Of a stretch of 47,296 nucleotides of DNA, positions 35,284-44,690 are shown in pieces. A model generated the notes under the pieces. The model saw only the letters and a program-made list of their open reading frames with translations. It was not told the origin of the DNA and did not search any database. The stretch is from an uncultured Candidatus Saccharibacteria bacterium. Lineage in GTDB: Bacteria > Patescibacteriota > Minisyncoccia > UBA6257 > UBA11618. The DNA is taken from the NCBI GenBank assembly GCA_964363475.1, contig CAYIII010000003.1, forward strand, positions 1-47,296, written 5' to 3'. Each line of letters begins with the position of its first letter. The stretch's first letter is position 1. The position numbers were made by a program, and so were the translations under genes.

Positions 35284-36427
35284 CATGTTCTTTAGTCATG
35301 CCATGATGGCATCCTATAAGAAAACTTCTTTCCATGATAAAATCGGCTACTGAATAATTTTTTTGACTTGTCTTGTGATTAATATTTTTGAAGCCCGGCT
35401 GTTTTAAAATATTGCCCGTAAATACTGGACGCGTCTGAACATTATTTTTTTCTAAAAAGGTTACCAAGCCCAATCTAGAAAATGGAGCGTCATTCTTTAT
35501 AGTTAATGGGAAGGCCAACCAATTTGTAGCAACTTTATCGTTTTGTTTTGGCAATTCAAACCAATTTTTGTACTTCTCAAAAAATTTATGAAGATAAGTA
35601 AAATTTTTATGACGAATATTAGAAAACTTTTTTAATTTTTTTAGTTGTTCTAAAGCAAAAGCGGAGCTAATTTCTAAAGGCAGAAAATTATAGCCAATTT
35701 TATTAAAAATAAATTTTGAATCGTACGCAAAATTGTCTATTTTATAACCAAATCTTTTTTCTATATCTTCCGACTCGTCTGCTATAGAAGACATTCTTCC
35801 CCATCCCCTTAAAACTTTAAGGTCAGTAACCCATTCCTTATTATTAACACAAATCATGCCGCCGCCGCCTGCGCCGCTAATAATATGCGACCCATAAAAA
35901 CTGGTAGTAGAAATATCAGAATAAAAGCCGGTGGGTTTTCCCTTGAAAGTAGCGCCTAAAGTATCACAAGAGTCTTCAATAAAAACTAATTTATATTTAT
36001 CCGCTATTTTTCTTAATCTTTGCATGTCAGGCACATTACCCAACAACAGCGGTATAAATAGGGCTTTGGTATTTTTGGTTATATGCTTTTCTATATCATC
36101 AACATTAATAATATAAGTTCCCGGCTCCACATCAATAAAAACAGGATTTAATTTTTTTTGAACAATGGGGGCGATAGTGGTGCTGAAAGTTAAAATTGGC
36201 GTAATAATTTCTGAACCTTCCGGCAGCTGTAAAATTTCTAAAGCCAACAAATTAGCAGAGGAACCAGAATTAACCATTATTCCAAATTTTTTTCCAAACA
36301 AAGAGGCGATTTTATTTTCAAATAATTTGGTTTTCTCTCCCATTAAAGATTTTCTGTCCCTTAAAACCCTGGAAACCGCGTCTATTTCTTTGTCGTCATA
36401 AATAAAACCCGCGTAACTTACTCTCAT
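35213..36427 (-). CDS. PLP/PMP-dependent sugar 3-dehydratase of the DegT family (ColD/E1-like; catalytic Lys replaced by His)
   Basis: VNSGSSANLLALE motif. The active-site string SFYGSHIISGAGGGG aligns with SFQGAKIAVMGEGG of the neighbouring aminotransferase, giving K to H. Only three Cys, so no obvious Fe-S motif. Confidence 0.7.
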   Translation of the reverse strand: MRVSYAGFIYDDKEIDAVSRVLRDRKSLMGEKTKLFENKIASLFGKKFGIMVNSGSSANLLALEILQLPEGSEIITPILTFSTTIAPIVQKKLNPVFIDVEPGTYIINVDDIEKHITKNTKALFIPLLLGNVPDMQRLRKIADKYKLVFIEDSCDTLGATFKGKPTGFYSDISTTSFYGSHIISGAGGGGMICVNNKEWVTDLKVLRGWGRMSSIADESEDIEKRFGYKIDNFAYDSKFIFNKIGYNFLPLEISSAFALEQLKKLKKFSNIRHKNFTYLHKFFEKYKNWFELPKQNDKVATNWLAFPLTIKNDAPFSRLGLVTFLEKNNVQTRPVFTGNILKQPGFKNINHKTSQKNYSVADFIMERSFLIGCHHGMTKEHVNYLILLFERFFQENLPKKNYQK

Positions 36428-36428
36428 A

Positions 36429-37103
36429 TTAATTGGGGGCGTCTAACCGCATTTGGAGAAAATAACGCTCGGCCTTTTCTAAAGTTAAATCTTCTTCCCA
36501 CTGAACCATATTGGGTTTTTCTTCACGACGCAAAGGAATCAACTTAAACTTTTTAAAACCGCAGCGTTCATACAATTTTATTGCTCTCTCGTTATCAGCC
36601 AAAACTTTTAAATAAAGAATTTTTACTCCCAATTTATTAAAAGCCCAGCCGTCTAATGATTCTATCGCTAATTTCATTACTCCCGGAAATAAATTATCTT
36701 GCCCCCTTACAATATTATCAATCTCACAAGACTCTTCTTCCCAATTAAAACGATAAAGACCGACATGACCAATGGGCGCATTAGTGCGCCCAACATCCCT
36801 TACAAAAAACAAAATCCTATCAAAAAGTTTAATAACTTGATTTTCCAGCCACCCCCGCGTTCCTTCCAAAGTAACTTGAAACTGCGACGGAAAATAGGGT
36901 TGAACTTTTTCACGCCATTCAGCCAGAGTTTTGATTACTTCAGGGTCAAAAACATTAAAAGCTGTTATAGGATCTAACATTATCACAGGAGCATCCGGTA
37001 TATAAATAAACTGCGGTTTTTCAGTGGACGAGCCCAATCCATACTTTAACTTTGCTAATTTCTGAATAACACCTTGACGAAAACGTTGAGAATTTTGATC
37101 CAT
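36429..37103 (-). CDS. GNAT-family N-acyltransferase (probable amino-sugar N-acetyltransferase)
   Basis: C-terminal GNAT core (NERAIKLYERCGFKK). Sits 2 nt from the aminotransferase stop and 1 nt from the dehydratase start. Confidence 0.6.
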   Translation of the reverse strand: MDQNSQRFRQGVIQKLAKLKYGLGSSTEKPQFIYIPDAPVIMLDPITAFNVFDPEVIKTLAEWREKVQPYFPSQFQVTLEGTRGWLENQVIKLFDRILFFVRDVGRTNAPIGHVGLYRFNWEEESCEIDNIVRGQDNLFPGVMKLAIESLDGWAFNKLGVKILYLKVLADNERAIKLYERCGFKKFKLIPLRREEKPNMVQWEEDLTLEKAERYFLQMRLDAPN

Positions 37104-37105
37104 TT

Positions 37106-38275
37106 TTAGCCCGCCTTTCTTGTTAATAGTTCTTTAACATTACGGGCAATATAATCCACTTGTTCCTCGGTTAGCATTACACCGCTTGGCAGGTTAATGC
37201 CATTTAAACTGACATAATAAGCATTAGGATTATTTACTTTAATTTTTCCGGCATACATCGGCAACATGCTAATAGGATAAAAAAATTGGCGAGTGTCAAT
37301 ATTGCGTTCTTTTAGAGCCCTGCGCAGTTCATCGCGTTGAAGTGGAGATTTTTTTCCTAAAATAATAGAAGTCATCCAGCAATTAACTCTGGAGTTTTTA
37401 TGCTCATAATTCATTGTGATTAAGTTGCGCGGAAGATCGCTTAATCTTTGCCAATACCATTGAAAAATTTGCCGTTTCTTAGCCACTAACTCTTCAATTC
37501 TTTCAACTTGAGCCAAGCCAAGAGCTGCTTGCAAATTAGAGAGCTCGTACATAAAACCAATCTCGTTGTGCCAAAACTGTTTTTTAGAATCTTTGCCGTG
37601 GTCATAAAGACTGCGGGCGCGCTCATCCCATTCTTGAGAATTAGTCACCAAAGCGCCCCCCTCGCCCATAACAGCAATTTTAGCGCCCTGAAAGCTGAAT
37701 GTTCCAATGTGCCCCCAAGTTCCGGCTTTTTTATTTTTATAAATAGTGCCTAATGCCGGACAAGAATCTTCCACAACAAGCAAATTATGCTTATTAGCAA
37801 TGTCCATGATTTCTTCCATGCGCGGAGAAGAACCGTACATCCAAACAGGCATAATAGCTCTTGTCTTTGGCGTAATAGCTTTCTTGATGGCATCGGGGTC
37901 AATACACCAAGTCACGGGATCAATATCAACAAAAACGGGCTTAGCGCCGGTATATTCAACAACATTAGAACAAGCCACATAAGTCATATCAGGAATAATC
38001 ACCTCATCACCCGGCTTAATATTAAAAAGAGCTAAAGCCAAATGCAAAGCATGCGTCCCCTTAGTCAAGCCAAGGCAATGTTTAACGCCTACATAATTCG
38101 CTAATGTTTTTTCAAACTTAACCACATAATCATCCATATTAAAATTCCAGCCATTCAAAACAGCATCTTCAACATAAGTTCTTTCCCGTTCAGTAATAGA
38201 AGGGCCGGCAGTTAAGACGAGTTTGTCGGGCTTATCTATTGGTTTTACTTTTTTTGATTTTGTTTTTTTTATCAT
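37106..38275 (-). CDS. DegT/DnrJ/EryC1/StrS-family sugar aminotransferase (catalytic Lys present)
   Basis: TKGTHALHLAL, VEDSCPALG and FSFQGAKIAVMGEGGALV (Schiff-base Lys). Confidence 0.85.
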   Translation of the reverse strand: MIKKTKSKKVKPIDKPDKLVLTAGPSITERERTYVEDAVLNGWNFNMDDYVVKFEKTLANYVGVKHCLGLTKGTHALHLALALFNIKPGDEVIIPDMTYVACSNVVEYTGAKPVFVDIDPVTWCIDPDAIKKAITPKTRAIMPVWMYGSSPRMEEIMDIANKHNLLVVEDSCPALGTIYKNKKAGTWGHIGTFSFQGAKIAVMGEGGALVTNSQEWDERARSLYDHGKDSKKQFWHNEIGFMYELSNLQAALGLAQVERIEELVAKKRQIFQWYWQRLSDLPRNLITMNYEHKNSRVNCWMTSIILGKKSPLQRDELRRALKERNIDTRQFFYPISMLPMYAGKIKVNNPNAYYVSLNGINLPSGVMLTEEQVDYIARNVKELLTRKAG

Positions 38276-38330
38276 TTTGCCAAAAGATTAACTAACAAGA
38301 TAATGAAAATTCAATTAAATAGCAAGCATA

Positions 38331-39266
38331 TTAAATTACTTTTTCCCCAATAATTTCTCTAATAATATATCTCGGCCGATGTTTAATTTCAATAAAAATT
38401 TTGGCCAGATATTCACCAATAATACCAATACCTAAAAGCTGAACACCGCCTAAAAATAATATTAAAATTACAATTGTGGGAATACCGCGCGGAGCGCCCG
38501 GAATTATAAAATAAAGCGATAAATTAATAATTACACCCAAAGAAGACATCACCACCACAACAAAAGCCAACTTAGAAACCCATTCTAATGGTTTAAAGGA
38601 GAAATTAATAATAATAGTTTTTGCCCACCACAAAGCCACTAGAAAACTTGTATTAGATTCTCCCGCCTGACGTTTGTCTCTAATAAATTCCACGCCTGTT
38701 TGTTTAAAACCAACGAAAGCTCTAACGCCACGCAAATAAAAATCTCTTTCATCAAATTTGATGATTTCATTTATCGCTTGCCTGTCCATCAAACTAAAAT
38801 CGCCAGCATTAAGAGGAATATTAATATAGGCCATTTTTTTTAAAAGCCGATAAAAAATTGTCGCTAAAATATTACGCAACGGCGCTTGTTTCATTCCCCC
38901 TCTTATTCCATAAACAATTTGATAACCAATCCGCCACTTGTCTATAAATAAGGAGATAATTTCCGGCGGATCTTCCATGTCGCCAGCCAATAAAACTGCG
39001 GCATCGCCAGAACAATTTTTGAGTCCTGCCAAATAACTTGGTTGAGGAGAGCCAAAATTACGGCTCATTAATAAAACTTTTACCCTTGAATCCTGTCGGC
39101 AAAGTTGCCTATAAATTTTTTCCGAATCATCTACGGAAGCATTATCAACATAAATAATTTCCAATTCATATTCTAAATTTTTAAACACTTCAATAAGCCG
39201 TTTGTACATTAACAAAATATTTTCTTCTTCGTTATAACAGGCAATAATAACAGAAACCTTGTTCAT
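38331..39266 (-). CDS. GT2 polyprenyl-phosphate glycosyltransferase (ArnC/GtrB/DPM1-like)
   Basis: [22 protein letters not shown] and the D-x-D region, plus two C-terminal TM helices, which is typical of lipid-phosphate-sugar synthases. ATGA overlap with the rfbG stop. Confidence 0.8.
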   Translation of the reverse strand: MNKVSVIIACYNEEENILLMYKRLIEVFKNLEYELEIIYVDNASVDDSEKIYRQLCRQDSRVKVLLMSRNFGSPQPSYLAGLKNCSGDAAVLLAGDMEDPPEIISLFIDKWRIGYQIVYGIRGGMKQAPLRNILATIFYRLLKKMAYINIPLNAGDFSLMDRQAINEIIKFDERDFYLRGVRAFVGFKQTGVEFIRDKRQAGESNTSFLVALWWAKTIIINFSFKPLEWVSKLAFVVVVMSSLGVIINLSLYFIIPGAPRGIPTIVILILFLGGVQLLGIGIIGEYLAKIFIEIKHRPRYIIREIIGEKVI

Positions 39267-40237
39267 GCTGAAAATTCTTTATACCAGTTAATGGTTTTGA
39301 TTAGGGCCTCCTCTAAAGAAAATTGCGACTTCCATCCTAATATTTCTTTTGCCTTTTTAGCTGACAGATACTGATGAGGAATTTCGTTTTTTGCCTCATT
39401 CATAATTTTAGGACGAAATTTGCTGTTCATTAACTTTATAATAATTTTTACCAAATCAATAACAGTCACTTGTATTTCGTTGCTAAAATTAAACGCATGG
39501 CCATGAATTTTTTTATCATCCATTTTTTCTGCCAGTTTCATATAAGCCATAACCGCATCTTCAACATAAAAATAATCACGAATAAATTTTCCGTTACTGC
39601 GAATAATTGGCGACTCATTCATTAATAATGACTTGATTGTTCCGGGAACAATTCTATTAAAATTTAAGTCGCCTCCGCCAAAAAGATTACCGCAACGAGT
39701 AATGGCAACCGGTAATTTATAAGTTTCATAATAAGAGCGCGCAATTAAATCAGCCGCGCTTTTAGAAACATCATAAGGAAATCGGCCCTCTAAAGAGGTC
39801 TCTTCGTTATAAGGTAATTTCTCGTGAATCCCATATGCCTTATCTGAAGATGCCACTACGACTCTTTTAATTAAAGGCGAACGGCGACAGGCCTCTAAAA
39901 CATGCCAAGTTCCGCGGATATTGGATTCAAAAGTGGACAAAGGGTTACGATTGGCAACAGTTACTATAGTTTGAGCGCCAACATGAAAAACTGTGTCAAT
40001 TTCATATTCGCCCAAAGACCTCTCCAATAAAAAATAATCATTTAAATCTCCGTGAACGGCAACAATTTTATTAAAATAGTCGTTCTTTGATAAGTTAGAA
40101 TGTGGAACATTGTCACGCACCAAACAAATCACATGAGCGCCTGCCTCAACTAAATGCTTTACCAACCAAGACCCCAAAAGACCGGTAGCTCCTGTCACAA
40201 AGACATTTTTATTTTTCCAAAAATTTAATTTACTCAT
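39263..40237 (-). CDS. rfbG: CDP-glucose 4,6-dehydratase
   Basis: [21 protein letters not shown]-terminus is typical of RfbG. SDR catalytic YDVSK. Start set at MSKLNFW, whose ATG overlaps the upstream stop (ATGAGTAA), instead of 40255. Confidence 0.82.
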   Translation of the reverse strand: MSKLNFWKNKNVFVTGATGLLGSWLVKHLVEAGAHVICLVRDNVPHSNLSKNDYFNKIVAVHGDLNDYFLLERSLGEYEIDTVFHVGAQTIVTVANRNPLSTFESNIRGTWHVLEACRRSPLIKRVVVASSDKAYGIHEKLPYNEETSLEGRFPYDVSKSAADLIARSYYETYKLPVAITRCGNLFGGGDLNFNRIVPGTIKSLLMNESPIIRSNGKFIRDYFYVEDAVMAYMKLAEKMDDKKIHGHAFNFSNEIQVTVIDLVKIIIKLMNSKFRPKIMNEAKNEIPHQYLSAKKAKEILGWKSQFSLEEALIKTINWYKEFSA

Positions 40238-42035
40238 TTTTTTCTTGAACGGCAATCATATTAGCCGCAACTTCTTCGGGGGGTAAAAATGGATACATAT
40301 TTTCTAAAGGATTGCCAAATTGAGTTTTGGGATGAAGAGGCTGGTCGGAATTAATCTTCACGACACAAACAATAGGTCCCGGCTTCAATAAAACATCTTT
40401 AATTTTTTGCTTTAAATTATTGTGGGTTTTAATTTCAACTACCGGCAAGCCATAAGATTTAATCACCTTACAAAAATCGGGACAACTATAACCAGATTTT
40501 TTATCAACGCCATAATAGCGCCCCTCAAATACTTCTTTTTGAAAACCAATAATAATGGCGTAGCTATCGCTATTTAACAAAAATACTTTAACCGGAATTT
40601 TATAATGAGCCATAGTTTGTAATTCCTGAATATTTATCTGCATTCCACCATCGCCAATAATGCAAATCACTGGCTTTTTATTCCCTGCCGCGATAGCCGC
40701 GCCTAATGAAGCCGCGAAAGAATATCCCATTGGCGAATTGCCCATTGCCGAAAATACAAATTGATTTTTTTTAGGCGCGAATCCTTGAATTGTCCAGGTT
40801 AGGTTTCCGCCGCAATCAGGAATTAAAATACAATTATCCGGCGCAACTTTAGATAAGGCGTCTATAAAGAAATAAGCATTAATATTATTTTTCTGCTTTT
40901 GATATTCTGGCAAACAAATCGGATAGCGTTTTTTCCATTCTATAATTTTTGCTATCCAATTATTTATTGCGACTGCGTCGTTTGTTAGTTTAATTTTGGC
41001 CTTATTCCAAGCTGAAAAAAAATCCCGTAAATCAGCATTGATAGGTAAATCAATTTTCATGTCCCGCCTCTTATTTAATTCATAAGGATCAATGTCTATA
41101 ACAATTTTTTTGGCGTGAGGAGCAAATTCATTTCTCTTGCCGCCAGTTTGGCGGGTATCCAATCTTGAACCCAACGCAATCAACAAATCACAGTTTTGAA
41201 CCGCAAAATTAGCCGCCCTGTGGCCATAAACACCAAAAGGGCCGATGTAAAGAGGATTGCTATCGGGAATAATGCTGAAACCGCTCCAAGATGTAACTAC
41301 CGGAATATTTAATTGCTCAACTAATTGTCTGGTTTCTTCTACTAAATTAGCGTAACGCAAACCACCGCCAACAAGAATCAATGGCCGTTTAGATTGATTT
41401 AATAAATTTAAAATGACCGCAATATTAATATTGGATTTATTTTTTTTATTCTGTTTAGGAATAAAGCCAACTAATTTCTTCGGGTCAATTTCTACCCTTT
41501 GGATATCCATAGGAATATCCAACCAGACCGGTCCCGGCCTGCCCTCAAACGCATAATAAAGCGCTTTATCTAAATGATATTTAATTTCTTCGGGCTTTTT
41601 TATTAAAACAGCATACTTAGTAATCCCCTTGACCATACTAATAATATCTGTTTCCTGAAAACCGACTTGTCTTACTTTAGAACAATGAGGTGATTGCGTT
41701 GACTCCCAACTGTTAACCTGTCCGGAAATATTGATAACGGGAATGGAATCAAACCACGCGCAACAGGTGCCGGTAATTAAATTAGTAGCCCCGGGACCGC
41801 TGGTTGCCATAGTGACGCAAATATTTTTTTTAACGCGAGTATAGGCCTCCGCCGCCATGGCCGCCGCCTGCTCATGCTGAAAACATATAAATTTTATATC
41901 ATCCCTTCGCCCAACGGCATCCACCATAAAAGCGCAAGCGCCGCCAATAATTCCAAAAACATGCTCCACGCCCTTATCAGCCAGGTAAGAAGCGATATAA
42001 TCACAGACCTTCATAAAACCTAAATAAATTAACAA
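40230..42035 (-). CDS. Thiamine-diphosphate-dependent enzyme of the acetolactate synthase large-subunit family (candidate YerE-like sugar carboligase)
   Basis: About 600 aa with a three-domain layout. ThDP motif [14 protein letters not shown]...LNSDSY. N-terminal Pyr domain ([13 protein letters not shown]...[12 protein letters not shown]). The true start may be the internal Met ([11 protein letters not shown], about 42014). No ilvN, ilvC or ilvD nearby. Confidence 0.8.
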   Translation of the reverse strand: MLIYLGFMKVCDYIASYLADKGVEHVFGIIGGACAFMVDAVGRRDDIKFICFQHEQAAAMAAEAYTRVKKNICVTMATSGPGATNLITGTCCAWFDSIPVINISGQVNSWESTQSPHCSKVRQVGFQETDIISMVKGITKYAVLIKKPEEIKYHLDKALYYAFEGRPGPVWLDIPMDIQRVEIDPKKLVGFIPKQNKKNKSNINIAVILNLLNQSKRPLILVGGGLRYANLVEETRQLVEQLNIPVVTSWSGFSIIPDSNPLYIGPFGVYGHRAANFAVQNCDLLIALGSRLDTRQTGGKRNEFAPHAKKIVIDIDPYELNKRRDMKIDLPINADLRDFFSAWNKAKIKLTNDAVAINNWIAKIIEWKKRYPICLPEYQKQKNNINAYFFIDALSKVAPDNCILIPDCGGNLTWTIQGFAPKKNQFVFSAMGNSPMGYSFAASLGAAIAAGNKKPVICIIGDGGMQINIQELQTMAHYKIPVKVFLLNSDSYAIIIGFQKEVFEGRYYGVDKKSGYSCPDFCKVIKSYGLPVVEIKTHNNLKQKIKDVLLKPGPIVCVVKINSDQPLHPKTQFGNPLENMYPFLPPEEVAANMIAVQEKNE

Positions 42036-42073
42036 AAAATTGCTGTTTTGTCAAAAAAGGGGGGCTTGCGGGA

Positions 42074-42775
42074 CTAACTGGACCAAACTCGCCACGGACT
42101 GCTTTCTGCCCAAATCTTATTGGCATCTAATAAGTCACGGTAAGTATCAACAGCAAACCAAAAGCCGGAATGCAAATAAAGAGCGAGTTGCTTATCTTTT
42201 GCCAGAGGGTCAAAAACATCTTCAATCATAGAATCTTTTTTTATGTAATCAAAAATCTTTTTAGAAAAAACCATAAAACCGCCATTAACCATATCTGATA
42301 ATATCGGCTTCTGCTGAAAGCTCGTAACTAAATTATTTGAATTAACCGCCACCAAACCAAAACGATGACGCGGATGAACGCCTGTTATGGTAGCAAGAAC
42401 ATTTTTTTTCTGATGAAATTCTAGAAGAGAACTAATATGAACATTCGCCATCCCATCCCCATAAGTAAGCATAAAATTATCGCTCTTTATAAGAGATTTT
42501 ATCCTTCTTACCCGCTCTCCCGTAAGAGATGTCAAACCCGTATCCACTATTCTAATATTGAATCCGTCTTTTTTGTTTTTACTAAAATAATTTTTAATGA
42601 AATCCATTTTATAGCCAGCGGCTAAAATAAAGTCATTATATCCATAGTGAGCGTAAGTTTTCATAATATGCCACAGGAGGGGCTTGCTACCGACTTCTAC
42701 CATCGGTTTTGGCCGATATTGAGTTTTGGGCATCAAACGAGTCCCCTCGCCTCCGCATAAAATTACTGTTTGCAT
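42074..42775 (-). CDS. rfbF: Glucose-1-phosphate cytidylyltransferase
   Basis: MQTVILCGGEGTRL...RPKPMVEVGSKPLLWHIMKTYAHYGYNDFILAAGYK closely follows the RfbF/DdhA pattern. Confidence 0.88.
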   Translation of the reverse strand: MQTVILCGGEGTRLMPKTQYRPKPMVEVGSKPLLWHIMKTYAHYGYNDFILAAGYKMDFIKNYFSKNKKDGFNIRIVDTGLTSLTGERVRRIKSLIKSDNFMLTYGDGMANVHISSLLEFHQKKNVLATITGVHPRHRFGLVAVNSNNLVTSFQQKPILSDMVNGGFMVFSKKIFDYIKKDSMIEDVFDPLAKDKQLALYLHSGFWFAVDTYRDLLDANKIWAESSPWRVWSS

Positions 42776-42866
42776 ATATCTGGCAATACTATAATCTATT
42801 ATAAATTATGGCAACTCAATAGCGTTGCCCTCTATTGTTAGCTGTGCTAAAAAACAAGAAAGACAT

Positions 42867-44690
42867 ATGAACATCTTAAGAATCCATTGGTTGGGAATAC
42901 TTTTATCGCTAGTTGTAAGTTTAATCGCTTTTTTACCCAACGCCATAATTTATTACCAATTACAAAAAGATGGATTACCTTATCATCCGTTAACCGCCGC
43001 CGGCTATTTTGATGAGATGATTTTTTATGGCCCCCACATCAAAGAAGTCATAGAAGGTAATTGGATAAATGACGATACCGATTTAGTTGAGTATCTCGAC
43101 CATCCCAGTATTTTGCCTTTACTGCCGCCGATAATTTTAAGATTGATTTTCTTTTTCACCGATTCAGTCTCCACTATATTTGCTTGGAATGACCTCATAC
43201 TGCCCCCCATTTCTTTTTTAATAATTTACCTTCTTGGCTATCAAATCAGCCGAGACAAAATTTTCAGCAGTTTTTTTGCTTTTTCAATAGTGGGGATTTC
43301 TATCATTGGCGATGTCTTGCCCTTAGAAAAACTTTGGATAAGTGGCTGGGACGAATTTATAAAATTCGCCCAGCCAATGTATATCGCCCGCACCTATAAT
43401 TACGCTCTTACTTTTATTTTCTTTGCTCTAGCCGTATTTTTCACCCACAGACTTCTTTCTGCCGACAAATTTTGGGACAAAATTGTGGCCGCCGTCATAT
43501 CAGGACTTCTGATTCACATGCATTATTTTTACGGAGCTTATTTTGGCATGGGTTTAATTTTTTTAACAATCCTTCTTTTTTTAAAAAAAGATTTTCTTAA
43601 GGCAAAAAATATTTTATTTGTCTTAATTATTATGGAGCTAATGGCCGCTCCCTATTTATTTCAAATGGCTGCTTATAGAATTGCCAATCCCCATTGGTTT
43701 GAAACATTAGTAAGATTAGAAACTGACGTGGGAAGACATATTTATTTAAATATCTATAAACATTATATCCTTTATGCGGTTTTGGTCGCTTTATTAATTT
43801 TTGTTGGAAAAAAAGTTAACAAAACAAACACGGCGCTTCTTTTTTCAAGTTTGATTATCGCCGGCTTTGTCGGTCTTAATCTTCAAGTAATTTTAGGGTA
43901 CTCTTTAATGCCCAATCATTGGCTAAGAACTAATGTGTTCGGCTTAAAATTTGCCGCCTTAACTCTGTTTTGGTGGTTAAAAGATTTTTGGTGGTTCAGT
44001 AAAAAATACTTTTATCATCTGACTGTCTTTGGATTGACAAGTTTTATAATACTTTCAATTATTAATCAGGCGGCTTACGGCTTTAACAATTACAAATTAT
44101 TTACTATCCCCAGTTACGCAATAAATTCTTTTAATTGGCTTAAAGAAAACACCCCAACTAATTCCGTAGTAATGACCCCCTCTACCGTTACCAATAACTA
44201 TTTGCCTGTTTACACTAATAATAAGATTTTTATGGGCTCCGGCTATAGATCAATAGCTGAAAGCTCCGAATTGGAGGAAAGATTACTGTCAACTTATAAC
44301 ATTTTTGGAGTTGATTCTAAAATTTTATCAGATGCCTTTAACCCCAAAGAGCTTAGCGAGCATAAAGATAATAAAAAAATCCCCTACGAAGCGGGCTTTC
44401 AATACTCGCCTTCACTGATTGAATATATATACAATAATTTATATATCAATATTTCAATTGATCCCCGGTATAATAAACCGCCTATGCCCACATCAGTTGG
44501 TGAAAAACTTGTAGAAAGATACGAAGAGCTAAAGACCGATTTGGCAACTATTGAATCAAAATATGAAGTTGATTATATCTATATCGGTCCTTTAGAAAAG
44601 GAAATTGCTCGAGCTAATTTTAATGAAATGCCCGATTTGACTAAAGTTTACGATCAAGATGAAGTGCAAATTTATAAAATTAATAAGTAA
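42867..44690 (+). CDS. Large polytopic membrane protein, GT-C-like glycosyltransferase candidate (ArnT/PMT-like)
   Basis: About 607 aa from ATG 42867 (track start 42825 is a TTG). At least 10 hydrophobic helices plus a soluble C-terminal domain of about 170 aa. An acidic FDE motif lies in the first extracytoplasmic loop (AAGYFDEMIFYGP), as in GT-C enzymes. Confidence 0.5.
   Translation: MNILRIHWLGILLSLVVSLIAFLPNAIIYYQLQKDGLPYHPLTAAGYFDEMIFYGPHIKEVIEGNWINDDTDLVEYLDHPSILPLLPPIILRLIFFFTDSVSTIFAWNDLILPPISFLIIYLLGYQISRDKIFSSFFAFSIVGISIIGDVLPLEKLWISGWDEFIKFAQPMYIARTYNYALTFIFFALAVFFTHRLLSADKFWDKIVAAVISGLLIHMHYFYGAYFGMGLIFLTILLFLKKDFLKAKNILFVLIIMELMAAPYLFQMAAYRIANPHWFETLVRLETDVGRHIYLNIYKHYILYAVLVALLIFVGKKVNKTNTALLFSSLIIAGFVGLNLQVILGYSLMPNHWLRTNVFGLKFAALTLFWWLKDFWWFSKKYFYHLTVFGLTSFIILSIINQAAYGFNNYKLFTIPSYAINSFNWLKENTPTNSVVMTPSTVTNNYLPVYTNNKIFMGSGYRSIAESSELEERLLSTYNIFGVDSKILSDAFNPKELSEHKDNKKIPYEAGFQYSPSLIEYIYNNLYINISIDPRYNKPPMPTSVGEKLVERYEELKTDLATIESKYEVDYIYIGPLEKEIARANFNEMPDLTKVYDQDEVQIYKINK

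Noticed and set aside
42040-42231. 63-aa plus-strand ORF across the rfbF 3' end.
   Set aside because: Antisense to the well-supported rfbF, with a non-ATG start and no motifs.
42800-42822. Small hairpin GGCAAC-n8-GTTGCC in the rfbF/GT-C divergent spacer.
   Set aside because: A 6-bp stem is within chance expectation and no associated promoter could be placed convincingly.
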